Shown in pieces: positions 39,367-50,582 of a stretch of 64,000 nt of DNA. The notes under the pieces were generated by a model. It made no database searches. It was not told the origin of the DNA and saw nothing but the letters and a program-made list of their open reading frames with translations. The number at the start of each line of letters is the position of its first letter. Within the stretch, counting starts at the first letter, position 1. Origin of the DNA: an uncultured Actinomycetes bacterium. Lineage in GTDB: Bacteria; Actinomycetota; Acidimicrobiia; Spongiisociales; DATADW01. The translations under genes and the position numbers were made by a program. The stretch covers positions 533,840-597,839 of the forward strand of contig CAVTEU010000007.1 of NCBI GenBank assembly GCA_963733905.1, read 5' to 3'.

Positions 39367-40593
39367 GACCGCCCAGCAGGAACTGTCCCCCGGTGAGCAG
39401 CCCCGCCCGGCGAAAGGGCAGCTCATCGCCGGCCGCCGCCGAGGACCGCCGTGGCGGGCGATGTTGACCAGGACCCCGGCCGCCGCCATGCAGCTGATGA
39501 TGGCCGTGGACCCGAACGAGACGAACGGGAGGGGTATCCCGGTGATGGGGAGCAGCCCGATCACACCACCGAGATTGACCAGCGCCTGGGTGCCGAGCCA
39601 TGCGGTCAACCCAACCGCAATCAGCCGGCCGAACCGGTCCGAGGCCCGCAACGACACCGCCACCCCGAGCAGGGTGAGGAAGGCGAAAAGGAGGAGCACC
39701 ACGACGCCGCCGAGAAAACCGGTCTCCTCACCGATGATGGCGAAGATGAAGTCACTGTGGGCGTTGGGGAGGAACAACCACCGCGCCCTGCTGGCGCCAA
39801 GGCCCACGCCGAAGGTGCCGCCTGTCCCCAGAGCCAGGTAGCTCTGGATCAACTGATAGCCGTCGCCCAGCGGGTCGGCGAACGGGTTGAGGAAGGACGT
39901 GAGGCGCGCCCGTCTGTAGGGCTCGATCAACGCCAGGGCCGTCGTCGCCGCCACCGCCGATAAGCCGACGAAAGCCACATAACGCAACGGCGCCGCCGAA
40001 GCCGCCAGGACGGCCATGGTGGCTGCCCCCACGATGATCGAGGTGCCCAAGTCGGGCTGGAGCATCAAGAGCAGCCCCACCGTTCCCACGATCGCCGCAA
40101 CCGGGACGACGAAGTGGCCGAAGTCGAGGAGCAGCGACTGCTTCTTGACCAGCAGAGCCGCCAAGAGGATGACCACGGCGAATTTCGCCAACTCGGACGG
40201 CTGGAAGCTCAACGGTCCCAATGGAAGCCAGCGCGTTGCGCCGTAGATCCTTGTCCCCACCACGAGCACCGCCACCAGGAGCGCCGTCGTCACGAGGAAG
40301 ATCGGCCAGGCGAGACGCCGGTAGACCCGGTAGGGGATGAGCGATGTCGCCACCAGGGCCACCACGCCGATCCCTACACCAATCGCCTGTCGTTTGAAGA
40401 AGTAGAGGCCGTCCTGCGCCTGCTCCAGCCCGGCCACCGACGACGCCGAGAGCGTGGCGCCCAGCCCGACGACAGTGAGCACGCCGACGACGACGATGAT
40501 GCCCACTTGCAGCCTGGTGTTGGCCACCGAACGCTGCGCTCGGCCCCGTGCCTCCGCCCTCGCCCGGACGATCGATGTGACATTGGCGGTCAT
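39367..40593 (-). CDS. ftsW: peptidoglycan glycosyltransferase FtsW (SEDS family); no in-frame stop before murG
   Basis: About 10 TM segments, with SEDS motifs QPSELAKF, PDLGT, HSDFIFAIIGEE and PITGIPLPFVSFGS. A TGA at 39423-39425 in the adjacent frame would end it as ...ARHGG..GGRR. Confidence 0.88.
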
Positions 40594-41915
40594 CGACTTC
40601 TCCCGGTTGCCGTGCTGCCCTCGGTCGCCGAATGGAGCGAACGCACCTCGTCGGCGAACACCTCGCCACGATGGGCGTACGAGTCGAACATGTCGAAGCT
40701 GGCCCCACCGGGTGCGAGCAGGACGACGTCGCCGGCGGTTGCGGCCTCGTCGGCGAGCCGAACCGCCTCGGCCATGTCCGCTGCCCAGACGCCAACGCCG
40801 GGGAGTGCGGCATCGAGAAGGGTGGGGGCCGACTCACCGATCGCCACCAGTCGACGGAGATGGGGGTGCTGGGCAAGTGGGGCGAGGTCGAGGCCTTTGC
40901 TCCTGCCCCCTGCGATGAGGACGACCGAGGGGTATGCCTCGAGAGCCGCACGGGCGGCGTGGGGGTTGGTCGCCTTGGAGTCGTCCACCCAGGTGATTCC
41001 GGCCCAGACGCCAACCACCTCGCGGCGGTGCGCTCCCGGACGGAACTCGGAGGCGGAGGCAACGATCGCATCGGGTTTGGCACCAGCGGCGAGGGCGGCG
41101 GCGCCCGCCGCGGCGATATCGAGTAGGTAGGCCGGGTCTCCCACAGCCAATCCGGTGAGCGGGATCTCGATGCCGTCGATGGCCAGCATGCCGTCCGCCA
41201 CCCCCACCCCACCATCGGGGAGGCGGCGTCCGCTGGCAGGGACGAGTCGGGCCCCGGCCGACTCGGCCAGTGCCGACGCACCCGGGTCGTCGGCGTCGTA
41301 GACCAAGACCTGCTCAGGGCCCTGGTTGGCAAAGATGCGCGCCTTCGCCGCGGTGTATGCGTGGATCGAGCCATGCCAGTCGAGGTGGTCTGGCGCCACG
41401 TTGAGCAGCACCGCGACCTCGGGGCGGAAACGCTCGGTGAATCGCAATTGGAAGCTGGAGACCTCGACCACGACGACCTCCCAGGCGCCGCCGGCCACAT
41501 CGGAGAGGGCGGTCCCGATGTTCCCCGCCGCCACTGTCGCCACCCCGCTGCGGCCCAGCATGTCTGCGATCAGCGTGGTGACCGTCGTCTTGCCGTTGGT
41601 CCCGGTGACCGCCACCACCGGCACCTCCAGTTGGCGCCAGGCGAACTCGACCTCGCTCCATAGCGGGACGCGTGACTCGAGTGTCTCCACGATGGGCAGG
41701 GCGCTCTCCTGTATTCCGGGGCTGACCACCACCAGATCCACGCCTTCGAGCAGATCGGCGTTCCACGAGCCACCCACCGCGGGTATCCCCTCGGAGGTGA
41801 GGCTTGCCGCCGCAGCCGGATCGGCATCCCACACCGTCACCCGTTGACCGGCGCGGATGGCGAGCCGCGCCGCCGCCCGTCCGGAGACCGCTGCGCCGAG
41901 TACCAGTGTTCTCAT
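40590..41915 (-). CDS. murD: UDP-N-acetylmuramoylalanine--D-glutamate ligase
   Basis: Starts at the ATG at 41915 (MRTLVLGAAVSGRAAARL). Also VAVTGTNGKTTV and the N-terminal Rossmann-like fold typical of MurD. Its stop overlaps the ftsW ATG. Confidence 0.92.
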   Translation of the reverse strand: MRTLVLGAAVSGRAAARLAIRAGQRVTVWDADPAAAASLTSEGIPAVGGSWNADLLEGVDLVVVSPGIQESALPIVETLESRVPLWSEVEFAWRQLEVPVVAVTGTNGKTTVTTLIADMLGRSGVATVAAGNIGTALSDVAGGAWEVVVVEVSSFQLRFTERFRPEVAVLLNVAPDHLDWHGSIHAYTAAKARIFANQGPEQVLVYDADDPGASALAESAGARLVPASGRRLPDGGVGVADGMLAIDGIEIPLTGLAVGDPAYLLDIAAAGAAALAAGAKPDAIVASASEFRPGAHRREVVGVWAGITWVDDSKATNPHAARAALEAYPSVVLIAGGRSKGLDLAPLAQHPHLRRLVAIGESAPTLLDAALPGVGVWAADMAEAVRLADEAATAGDVVLLAPGGASFDMFDSYAHRGEVFADEVRSLHSATEGSTATGRSR

Positions 41916-41958
41916 CGTGAGCAACCCCGGCTCGCCGCTCCGGTGCCGATGCCGCCGT

Positions 41959-43036
41959 TCACAACTCGGACCCAGACGCAATGGTCGAATAGACCAGGAA
42001 GTCGGTGTAGAAGAGCCCCAACCCGAGGGCGACCCCGACGCCGGCGAGGATCCAGAACCGGACCACGATGGTCGTCTCCGGCCACCCCTTGAGGTCATAG
42101 TGGAAGTGGATCGGGGCCATGCGGAATATCCGCCTTCCGAACAGCCTGAAGCTGGCGACCTGGAGCATCACCGAGAGCGTCTCGGCCACATAGAGCCCAC
42201 CCACCACGAGGAGGAGCAGTTGGGTGCTGGTGAGCAGCGCCAGGGCGCCCAGCAGCCCGCCGATCGCCTGCGACCCGAGGTCCCCCATGAAGATCTTGGC
42301 CGGGGCGGCGTTCCACCAGAGGAACCCGAGCAGTGCCCCCACCATCGCTGTTGCGATCTCGCCCAGGTCGAGCGGTGTCGAGGCGGTGGGGAAGAAGTTG
42401 TAGAAAACAGGATGGCGGAACTGCCAGAAGGCGATGATGGTGAAGGCGCCGAACACCAGCGCCGCCGAGCCCGCGGCGAGCCCGTCCATGCCGTCGGCCA
42501 GGTTGACCCCATTGGCCGCTCCCGACAGCATCACCAGCACCCAGATGAAGAAGAAGCCGCCAAGGGCGATCCCCAGCGGCCGAACGAAACTCAGTTCGGT
42601 GTTGACCCCGGCCGACTGGGCGCCCCAAGCGAAGAGGGCGGCAACCGCGGCCTGACCGGCGAACTTGGCTCGCTTGTTGAGACCCAGGCTGCGTTGCCTG
42701 GTGTGCTTGATGACATCGTCGAGGAACCCGAGGAGCCCCATCGCGAGAAATACGCCTATGGCGAGCAGCCCCACGGGCTGGAGCGGCAGAAACTCCACAG
42801 CCAAATCCGGCCTCGGGGTTCCACAACCGGACATGGGCAGCCAGGTAGCCGACGACCACCGCTATCACCATCACCACGCCACCCATGGTCGGCGTCCCCT
42901 GCTTGTGGGCGTGGCCCTCGATCTCCTCCTGGATGAACTGGCCGATGCGGGCGCGCCGGAGGACACGGATGGCGAAGGGCATGGTGAACAGCACGATGAA
43001 CATCGAGACCGCTCCGGCGACGAGAAGCCCGATCAC
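41959..43036 (-). CDS. mraY: phospho-N-acetylmuramoyl-pentapeptide transferase, one apparent frameshift
   Basis: N-terminus (IGLLVAGAVSMFIVLFTMPFAIRVL...HKQGTPTMGG) is in ORF 42095..43036. The rest (FLDDVIK, NGVNLADGMDGLA, MGDLGSQAIGG, APIHFHY) is in ORF 41959..42834. The switch is near 42800-42840. Length is 3n+1. Confidence 0.92.
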
Positions 43037-44533
43037 CGCCCCACCCCCGCTGGGTGACGCGGCGCTTCTTCTTGCCGTGGGTAACCGAGTGCTCCAAGCT
43101 CCTCGGCGGCCACCTGAAGGTCATCGAAGGGATGAACCACGCCGGCGAGGTCCTGTCCGGTCTCGTGCCCTTTGCCCAGGATGAGAAGGGCATCGCCGGG
43201 CCCGGCGGTGGCCAGGGCATGGCGAATGGCCAGCCGTCGATCCGGCTCCACTACCCAACCGGCTTGATCGTCCACACCCCGAAGAACCTCGGCGATGATC
43301 GCCCCGGGGTCCTCCGAGCGTGGGTTGTCCGAGGTGAGCGACGACGCGGTCGGCTGACGATGCCGCCTGACCCATCAAAGGGCGTTTTGCCCGGTCACGG
43401 TCACCGCCCGCCCCGAACACGACGACGACCTCACCATCGGTGAGCCCTCGAGCAGCCGTCACCGCCTCCTCGATGCTCGCCGGGGTGTGGGCGTAATCGA
43501 CCACGACCTCGAATGGCTGGCCGTAGAGCACCCGCTCGAACCGGCCCGGGATCACCGGGCAAGCAGCCAACCCGGTGGCGATGGCATCGAGATCGATGTC
43601 GAGTTGGAGAGCGATCGCCGCCGCTATCAGAGCGTTGGCGAGGTTGAAGCGGCCCCGGAGAGGGAGAGCGACTTCTCTGTTGCCGATCGGAGTCACCAGG
43701 GTGAACTCGATCCCCTCCCAGGTGGACTCGACGCGTTCGGCGTGGACGTCGCCAGCGCTCGCGCCTACCTCGACGACGGGGAGTGCCGTCGACTCCGCCA
43801 GACGGGCACCCGCCAGGTCGTCGACCCAAATGACGCCGCTGTGGGCCCGCCCGGGTTCGAAGAGGCGCGCCTTGGCTTTGAAGTAGCTATCCATGTCGCC
43901 GTGGAAATCGAGGTGGTCCTGGCTCAGGTTGGTAAACGCCACCACCTCGAACCGAGTGCCCTCCACCCTGCCCAGAGCCAGCGCATGCGACGAGACCTCG
44001 AGGGCGGAGACCTCGACCCCGGCGTCGACCATCTCGGCAAAGAGACGCTGCAGGTCGTCGGCCTCGGGAGTCGTCCTCTCCAGCTTGACCGGCCGGCCCG
44101 TGATCCAGGCGCCCGTCGTCCCGATGATCCCGCTCCGCCTTCCCGCGGCGTTGACGATCGCATCGAGCAGATAGGTCACGGTTGTCTTGCCGTTTGTGCC
44201 CGTCACCCCGACCAACCGCAGTCTCTCCGAGGGGTTGCCGGCTACCGCCGCCGCCAGTGGCCCCAGAACGGCGCGCCCCGACATGACCACGAGCTGCGGC
44301 ACCTGTACCGGGAGCAGGCGCTCAACGGCCACCGCCACCGCCCCACCGGCGGCGGCAGCATCGGCGAATGCGTGGCCGTCGCTGCTGAACCCGGGGATGG
44401 CGACGAACAACGAGCCGCTGGTTGCCGAGCGGCTGTCGTGGACTATCGACGTGATCACCGGGTCGGCGTCGCCACTAGTTTCGGCGGGGAACACCTTGCC
44501 CCCGACGAGCGCGGCGAGCGCCGAGAGTGGCAT
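43033..44533 (-). CDS. murE: UDP-N-acetylmuramoyl-tripeptide synthetase (meso-DAP type), one apparent frameshift
   Basis: ATG at 44533 preceded by GAGGAGG. Motifs GVTGTNGKTTV, TTPEADD, SSHAL and FTNLSQDHLDFH. Near 43340 the frame switches; the corrected text LTSDNPRSEDP (DNPR motif) continues in ORF 43033..43275. Its stop overlaps the mraY GTG. Confidence 0.9.
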
Positions 44534-44546
44534 CGGGTCAACCTCC

Positions 44547-46346
44547 TCATTGCTGGTCCCATTGCTGGGAACTCCCAAGTGGTGCAGCGCCTTTTCCATG
44601 ACATCGGCGAAGACGGGCGCCGCAGAGAGCCCACCTGAGCGGAAGGCGTACGACGGTCCTTCGACGACCACCGCGACCACCAACTCCGGGTCGTCAGCTG
44701 GGGCCATGCCGACAAAGCTGGCCACGTTCACCTGCCTGTTGTAGCCGGTGTCCTCGAGCTGCTCGGACGTCCCCGTCTTCCCGGCCACCGTGTAGCCGGG
44801 GATTGCGGCGCGGAGACCGGTGCCGTGCTCGACTACCTGCTGCAGCATGCGGCGCATGGTCTTCGCCGTTGTCTCGGAGACGACGCGGCGCCGTTCCGGG
44901 CGGACCTTGGTCGGTGCGCCGTCACCCGATACGACTTGGTCGACGAGATGCGGCGCCACCCAGACCCCGTCGTTGGCTACGGCGCCGTATGCGGCCGCCA
45001 TCTGGAGCGGCGACACCGAGACCGAGTAGCCGATCGATGCGGATGCGGTGCACGATCCGCATGTCGGATCGACGTTGACCGACCCGGCGGCCTCACCGGC
45101 GTACTCGATCCCGGTGGGCTCGCCCAACCCGAACCGCTCGAGGAAGCGGCGCAAGCGAGACGTGCCCACCCGTTCTCCGACCAGGATCGTGCCGACGTTG
45201 GAGGAGCGGGTGACGATCTCCTCGACAGTCATGTCCTCGGGTTCGTGGTAGTCGGGGTCGCCGTAACACCCGAAGATGTCGTCGGTGCGGCTATCACAGG
45301 CACCGTCGACCACCTCGTAGCGGGCGGGGACATCGGGTATTACAGAGGTCGGCTTCAACAGGCCATCCTCGAGGGCAGCAGCAATGGTGATGGTCTTCAG
45401 CGTCGATCCGGGCTCAAAGGTGCCCCGGATGGCAAAGTTCCCAAACAGAGTCTCGTCCGACACGCCCTGGCGGTCGTTGGGGTCGAAGTCGGGCAGGGTC
45501 GCCAACGCCACCACCGCCCCATCGTCCGGATCGAGCACCACCACAGTGCACCTCTGCGCCTCGGCGTCGGTCATGATCTCCGAGCAGGCGCGCTCGGCGG
45601 CGAACTGGACGTCGAGGTCGATTGTGGTGACCAGGTCGTCACCAGGGTCGGCGGGCTCCACCTGGTAGCGGCCCTGGGGAATGATCCGCCCGGAGGGGTC
45701 GGTCTCGACGATGGCGGCACCAGGCTTCCCTCTGAGGACCTCGTCGAAGCGGTACTCAAGCCCCTCTTTGCCCTCGTTGTCGATGTCGACCCATCCGAGG
45801 ATGTGGCTGGCGAGGGCACCGGCCGGGTAGACGCGCTTGGGCTCGGGGAGCGTGTAGATCCCGGCGAGGTCCAGCGCTTGCACCTCCTCCGCCTGATCGA
45901 ACTCGAGTTGTCGGGCTAGGTAGACGAAGGTCGAGTCCTCGCGTAGACGATCCAAGATCACCGAGGTCGGGCGGTCGAGCACCGCCCCGAGCAGCCGGGC
46001 GGCAACATCGGGGCTCTCCACTTGCTTCGGGTTGGCGTAGATGGTGGTCCCGTCGATGGTCACCGCCATCTCGCGGCCGCGGGCTGTCGAAGATCGACCC
46101 GCGACGCGCCGCCAGCTCTTTCCGGGTCAGCCTCTGTTCCAACGACTCCGCAGCCCACCGGTCGGACTCGATGACCTGCACGTAGAAAAGCCGGGCGCCG
46201 GCCCCCAGCCAGGCGACCAACAACAGACCCCCGACGGCGAAGAGACGTGCGTCGGACAGCCCGAGTCGCCGGCCCTTGTTACGGCCGGCCACGGTCACTC
46301 CTCCAGCTGGCGACCGCCGGGTGGTCGGAAGGGTCGCTCCGCCCAC
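44547..46346 (-). CDS. ftsI: class B penicillin-binding protein FtsI, two apparent (compensating) frameshifts
   Basis: N-terminal TM and start are in ORF 45756..46346. The body is in the 43121..46069 frame with STLK, SSN and KTGT motifs. Returning to the first frame near 44550-44575 gives ...QQWDQQ and a TGA at 44547-44549, just upstream of the murE Shine-Dalgarno. Total length is 3n. Confidence 0.85.
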
Positions 46347-46416
46347 GGGGCCGAGACCCCGAGTCGAGAACTCCTGCCTCCGGCCCCATCGGCACCAGCA
46401 GCTCCGATGTGACCCA

Positions 46417-47766
<1,350 letters not shown>

Positions 47767-47897
47767 GGCCAGCCCCCCGGGCGCTGGGACCAAGTTGGAA
47801 GCGGGCGGAGTAAGGGGCCTTCCAATTCGGTACTCCGGGGGGCTGGCGATGAACCAGGTTCACCGCCGCCGGTCGCTCGGTGTCGGCTCCACCTCCC

Positions 47898-48302
47898 TCA
47901 ACTCTCGACCGCGTCCTGCTCGGCGCGGGTGGCCTCGGTCAACCATGCGGCGGGCTCCCAGATCTCGACCCGGTCGACGACCCCGACAAGGGTGACCTCG
48001 GCTCCCATGCGGGCGAAGTCCCGTAGTTCCTGAGGGATGGCGATTCGTCCCTGCTTGTCGGGGGTGATCGGGTGGGCTTCGCCGAACCGAAGACGTCGTC
48101 GTCGCCTCACCTCGACCTTCCGCCGATCGTCGTTCAGGATCCCCTTCACCTCTTCAGCCCAGGTCTGGTTGGGGAAGAGCTCGAGACATCCGTCCTCGCC
48201 TTTGGTGAGGACGGCGCCTTCTTCCAGATCGCGGCGGAACTTGGCGGGCAGCACGACACGCCCCTTCTCGTCGAGGGCGTGGCTGTACGTGCCGAGTAAC
48301 AC
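47898..48302 (-). CDS. mraZ: transcriptional regulator MraZ
   Basis: Starts at the GTG at 48302 (VLLGTYSHALDEKGRVVLPAKFR), with the second SpoVT/AbrB half DKQGRIAIPQELR. Confidence 0.92.
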   Translation of the reverse strand: MLLGTYSHALDEKGRVVLPAKFRRDLEEGAVLTKGEDGCLELFPNQTWAEEVKGILNDDRRKVEVRRRRRLRFGEAHPITPDKQGRIAIPQELRDFARMGAEVTLVGVVDRVEIWEPAAWLTEATRAEQDAVES

Positions 48303-48366
48303 GTTGTATCTGCTCCGTCCTGCATACCGCTGATCCTCCGTCGAGCGGCAATCTGCCCCATATCGA

Positions 48367-48412
48367 CCCACCTGTCAACCCTTTTTCACCTTTTTCTCCC
48401 ACAACGACCCAC
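48367..48412 (-). promoter_or_regulatory. candidate MraZ operator: GTGGG-type direct repeats upstream of mraZ
   Basis: On the mraZ strand, GTGGG at 48412-48408 and at 48402-48398 (10-bp spacing), GTGAA at 48389-48385, and GTGGG at 48371-48367. A TTGACA hexamer lies between the boxes. The boxes are 65-110 nt upstream of the start. Confidence 0.4.
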
Positions 48413-48454
48413 CGGCTAGTCAGGCGACCCACTCCCCTCCCCCGGTAGGGTTGA

Positions 48455-49750
48455 TTGGTGGCCCCTCTCCTCCCCGACGCGCCACTCCCCCACCTGGCCT
48501 CGTGGCAGGAGCAGGGGGGCGGTATCGCCCTCGCCGAGGCACGCCGCTTAGGGCCGGACGGGGTCGTCGCCGAGATCCGCGCCTCCGGACTTCGGGGCAG
48601 AGGTGGAGCTGGGTTCCCCACGGCACTCAAGTGGGGTGGGATCCTCGAGGAGGCGCCGGGGCGGTGCTACGTGGCTTGCAACGCCGCCGAGGGCGAGCCG
48701 GGGACGTTCAAGGACCGGGCCCTGATACGGGCGAACCCCTACCAGTTGCTCGAAGGGCTAGCCGTGGCCGCCGAAACAATCGGTGCCACCGAGGCCTACG
48801 TCGCCATCAAGAGCCATTTCCGGCCCGAGATCGAGCGGCTCGAGCAGGCAGCGACCGAGATGGCGCCTGCCGGGCTCCTCGGCGACGTGCCAATCCGCAT
48901 AGTCGAGGGGCCGGACGACTACCTGTTCGGCGAGGAGAAGGGCCTCCTCGAGGTGATCGAGGGGAACGATCCGCTTCCCCGGCTGGTGCCTCCCTACATC
49001 GAGGGGCTCTTTGCGGATCGGGACTCCGCCGGCCCAGCCGTGGTCAACAACGTCGAGACGCTGAGCAACATCCCGCGGATCCTGCGAGAGGGCGCCGATG
49101 CGTTCCGGAGCGAGGGCACACCTCAGAGCCCAGGGACAATGGTGTTCACCGTATCGGGAGCGGTACGCCGGGAAGCAGTGGCTGAATTACCCCTTGGAGC
49201 CCCCATCTCCTACCTGGTGTACGGGCCCGGCGAGGGGTTGGAGGCGGGACGGAGAGCGAAGGCCGTGATCTCGGGAGCGTCGAACGCCCCTCTCGGGGCT
49301 GGCCAACTAGACACGCCGCTCTCCTACGAGGGCATGGCGGCAGCCGGGTCGGGGCTGGGAGCAGGTGGGCTGATCGTCTACGACGACACCGACTGCATGG
49401 TCAGGGTCGGCGCCGTCCTTTCCACGTTCCTGGCAAGGTCATCGTGCGGTCAATGCCCGCCGTGCAAGCTGGGGACCACCGCAATCGCCGAAAGGCTGTG
49501 GAGCCTCGAGCAGGGCGAGGGCACCACCGAGATGATCGAGGAGATCGCAGCCTGGGTGGGTCAGGTCACCGACGCCAACCGCTGCGGTCTCGGCCTGGGC
49601 GAGCGGGTGCTGACCGCTGGTCTGCTCGAGCGATTCTGGGACGAGGTCGCGGCCCACCTCACCGGCGCCTGCCCGCTCCCCGGCGAGACCATCCTCCCGA
49701 TGATCGACGACTGGGATCCCGAGACCGGGCGGTTCGTGTACCGGAGCTGA
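48455..49750 (+). CDS. NuoF-like (51-kDa subunit family) FMN/NADH-binding iron-sulfur protein, outside any nuo operon
   Basis: 431-aa ORF with GLRGRGGAGFPTALKW, NAAEGEPGTFKD and the 4Fe-4S motif SSCGQCPPCKLG...RCGLG. TTG or GTG start. Confidence 0.85.
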   Translation: MVAPLLPDAPLPHLASWQEQGGGIALAEARRLGPDGVVAEIRASGLRGRGGAGFPTALKWGGILEEAPGRCYVACNAAEGEPGTFKDRALIRANPYQLLEGLAVAAETIGATEAYVAIKSHFRPEIERLEQAATEMAPAGLLGDVPIRIVEGPDDYLFGEEKGLLEVIEGNDPLPRLVPPYIEGLFADRDSAGPAVVNNVETLSNIPRILREGADAFRSEGTPQSPGTMVFTVSGAVRREAVAELPLGAPISYLVYGPGEGLEAGRRAKAVISGASNAPLGAGQLDTPLSYEGMAAAGSGLGAGGLIVYDDTDCMVRVGAVLSTFLARSSCGQCPPCKLGTTAIAERLWSLEQGEGTTEMIEEIAAWVGQVTDANRCGLGLGERVLTAGLLERFWDEVAAHLTGACPLPGETILPMIDDWDPETGRFVYRS

Positions 49751-49760
49751 GTTTGGCCGA

Positions 49761-50261
49761 CTAGGCCGTTTCCGCCAGGTAAGCATGCCAGCGGGGGTCG
49801 ACACGGTGACCTGCCGAGGCGTAGATCCAGCCGTAACGGCGCGGCGAGGCCGGTGGGCGGTGGAGGGCGAGCCCGACCTCGGCGGGTGACCGGTCCCCCT
49901 TGCGCAGGTTGCAGCGGCGGCAGCAGGCCACCACGTTGTCCCAGCTGTGACCGCCGCCCCGGGAGCGGGGAACGACGTGGTCGACAGAGTCCGCCGGACC
50001 CGAGCAGTACTGGCAACGGTGGTCGTCTCGGGCGAAAACGGCGTTGCGGGTGAGGGCGGCGCGGCGGTTGAAGGGGACGTGGACGTACGACAGAAGACGC
50101 ACCACCGAAGGGACCTGGACCACCACGGTCTCGGCATGCCACACCCCGTCACCTACCTCGACCATCGAGGCACGCTCGCGCAGAACCAAGACCACGGCAC
50201 GTCGTGCCGGGACCACCGACAGCGGTTCGTTGGAGGCGTTGAGCACCAAAGCCCTGGTCAC
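49761..50261 (-). CDS. HNH endonuclease domain protein
   Basis: 166-aa ORF with CQYCSGPADSVDHVVPRSRGGGHSWDNVVACCRRCNLRKG. Confidence 0.85.
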   Translation of the reverse strand: MTRALVLNASNEPLSVVPARRAVVLVLRERASMVEVGDGVWHAETVVVQVPSVVRLLSYVHVPFNRRAALTRNAVFARDDHRCQYCSGPADSVDHVVPRSRGGGHSWDNVVACCRRCNLRKGDRSPAEVGLALHRPPASPRRYGWIYASAGHRVDPRWHAYLAETA

Positions 50262-50306
50262 CTGACCTCCCGTCGGAGCAGCCGGAGGGTACCAGCGGGT
50301 TTGAAG

Positions 50307-50573
50307 CTACCCCGACGGGTTGGCCCTCCGAGCGCGCCGTAATTCGGCCCGCCATCGGAGCACCGCCACCAGGTCACGAGGCTGAACCGGATGCTCGTCG
50401 GATCCGTATGCCGTCGAGATCCGCCACCTCAGGTAACCCGGCTCGGGAATGGGGACGAAAGGCGGGCGGCGCCACCACCCCGGCGCCGCCATCGCCCCTA
50501 GGAAGCGCAGACCCTCGATCCAGAGACCGGGCCTGAGGGCGACGGCAAGAGCCGCCTTGAACCATGCGGACAT
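50307..50573 (-). CDS. hypothetical small protein
   Basis: 88 aa from the ATG at 50573 (MSAWFKAALAVALRPGLWIEGLRF...). The rest of tracked ORF 50307..51335 is antisense to moxR. Confidence 0.4.
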   Translation of the reverse strand: MSAWFKAALAVALRPGLWIEGLRFLGAMAAPGWWRRPPFVPIPEPGYLRWRISTAYGSDEHPVQPRDLVAVLRWRAELRRARRANPSG

Positions 50574-50582
50574 CAGAACATT

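Noticed and set aside
43121-46069. 982-aa PBP-MurE fusion protein
   Set aside because: An alternative-frame TGA at 44547-49 is followed by a GAGGAGG Shine-Dalgarno and the murE ATG. Both ends of ftsI share a frame different from its body, so indels are the better explanation.
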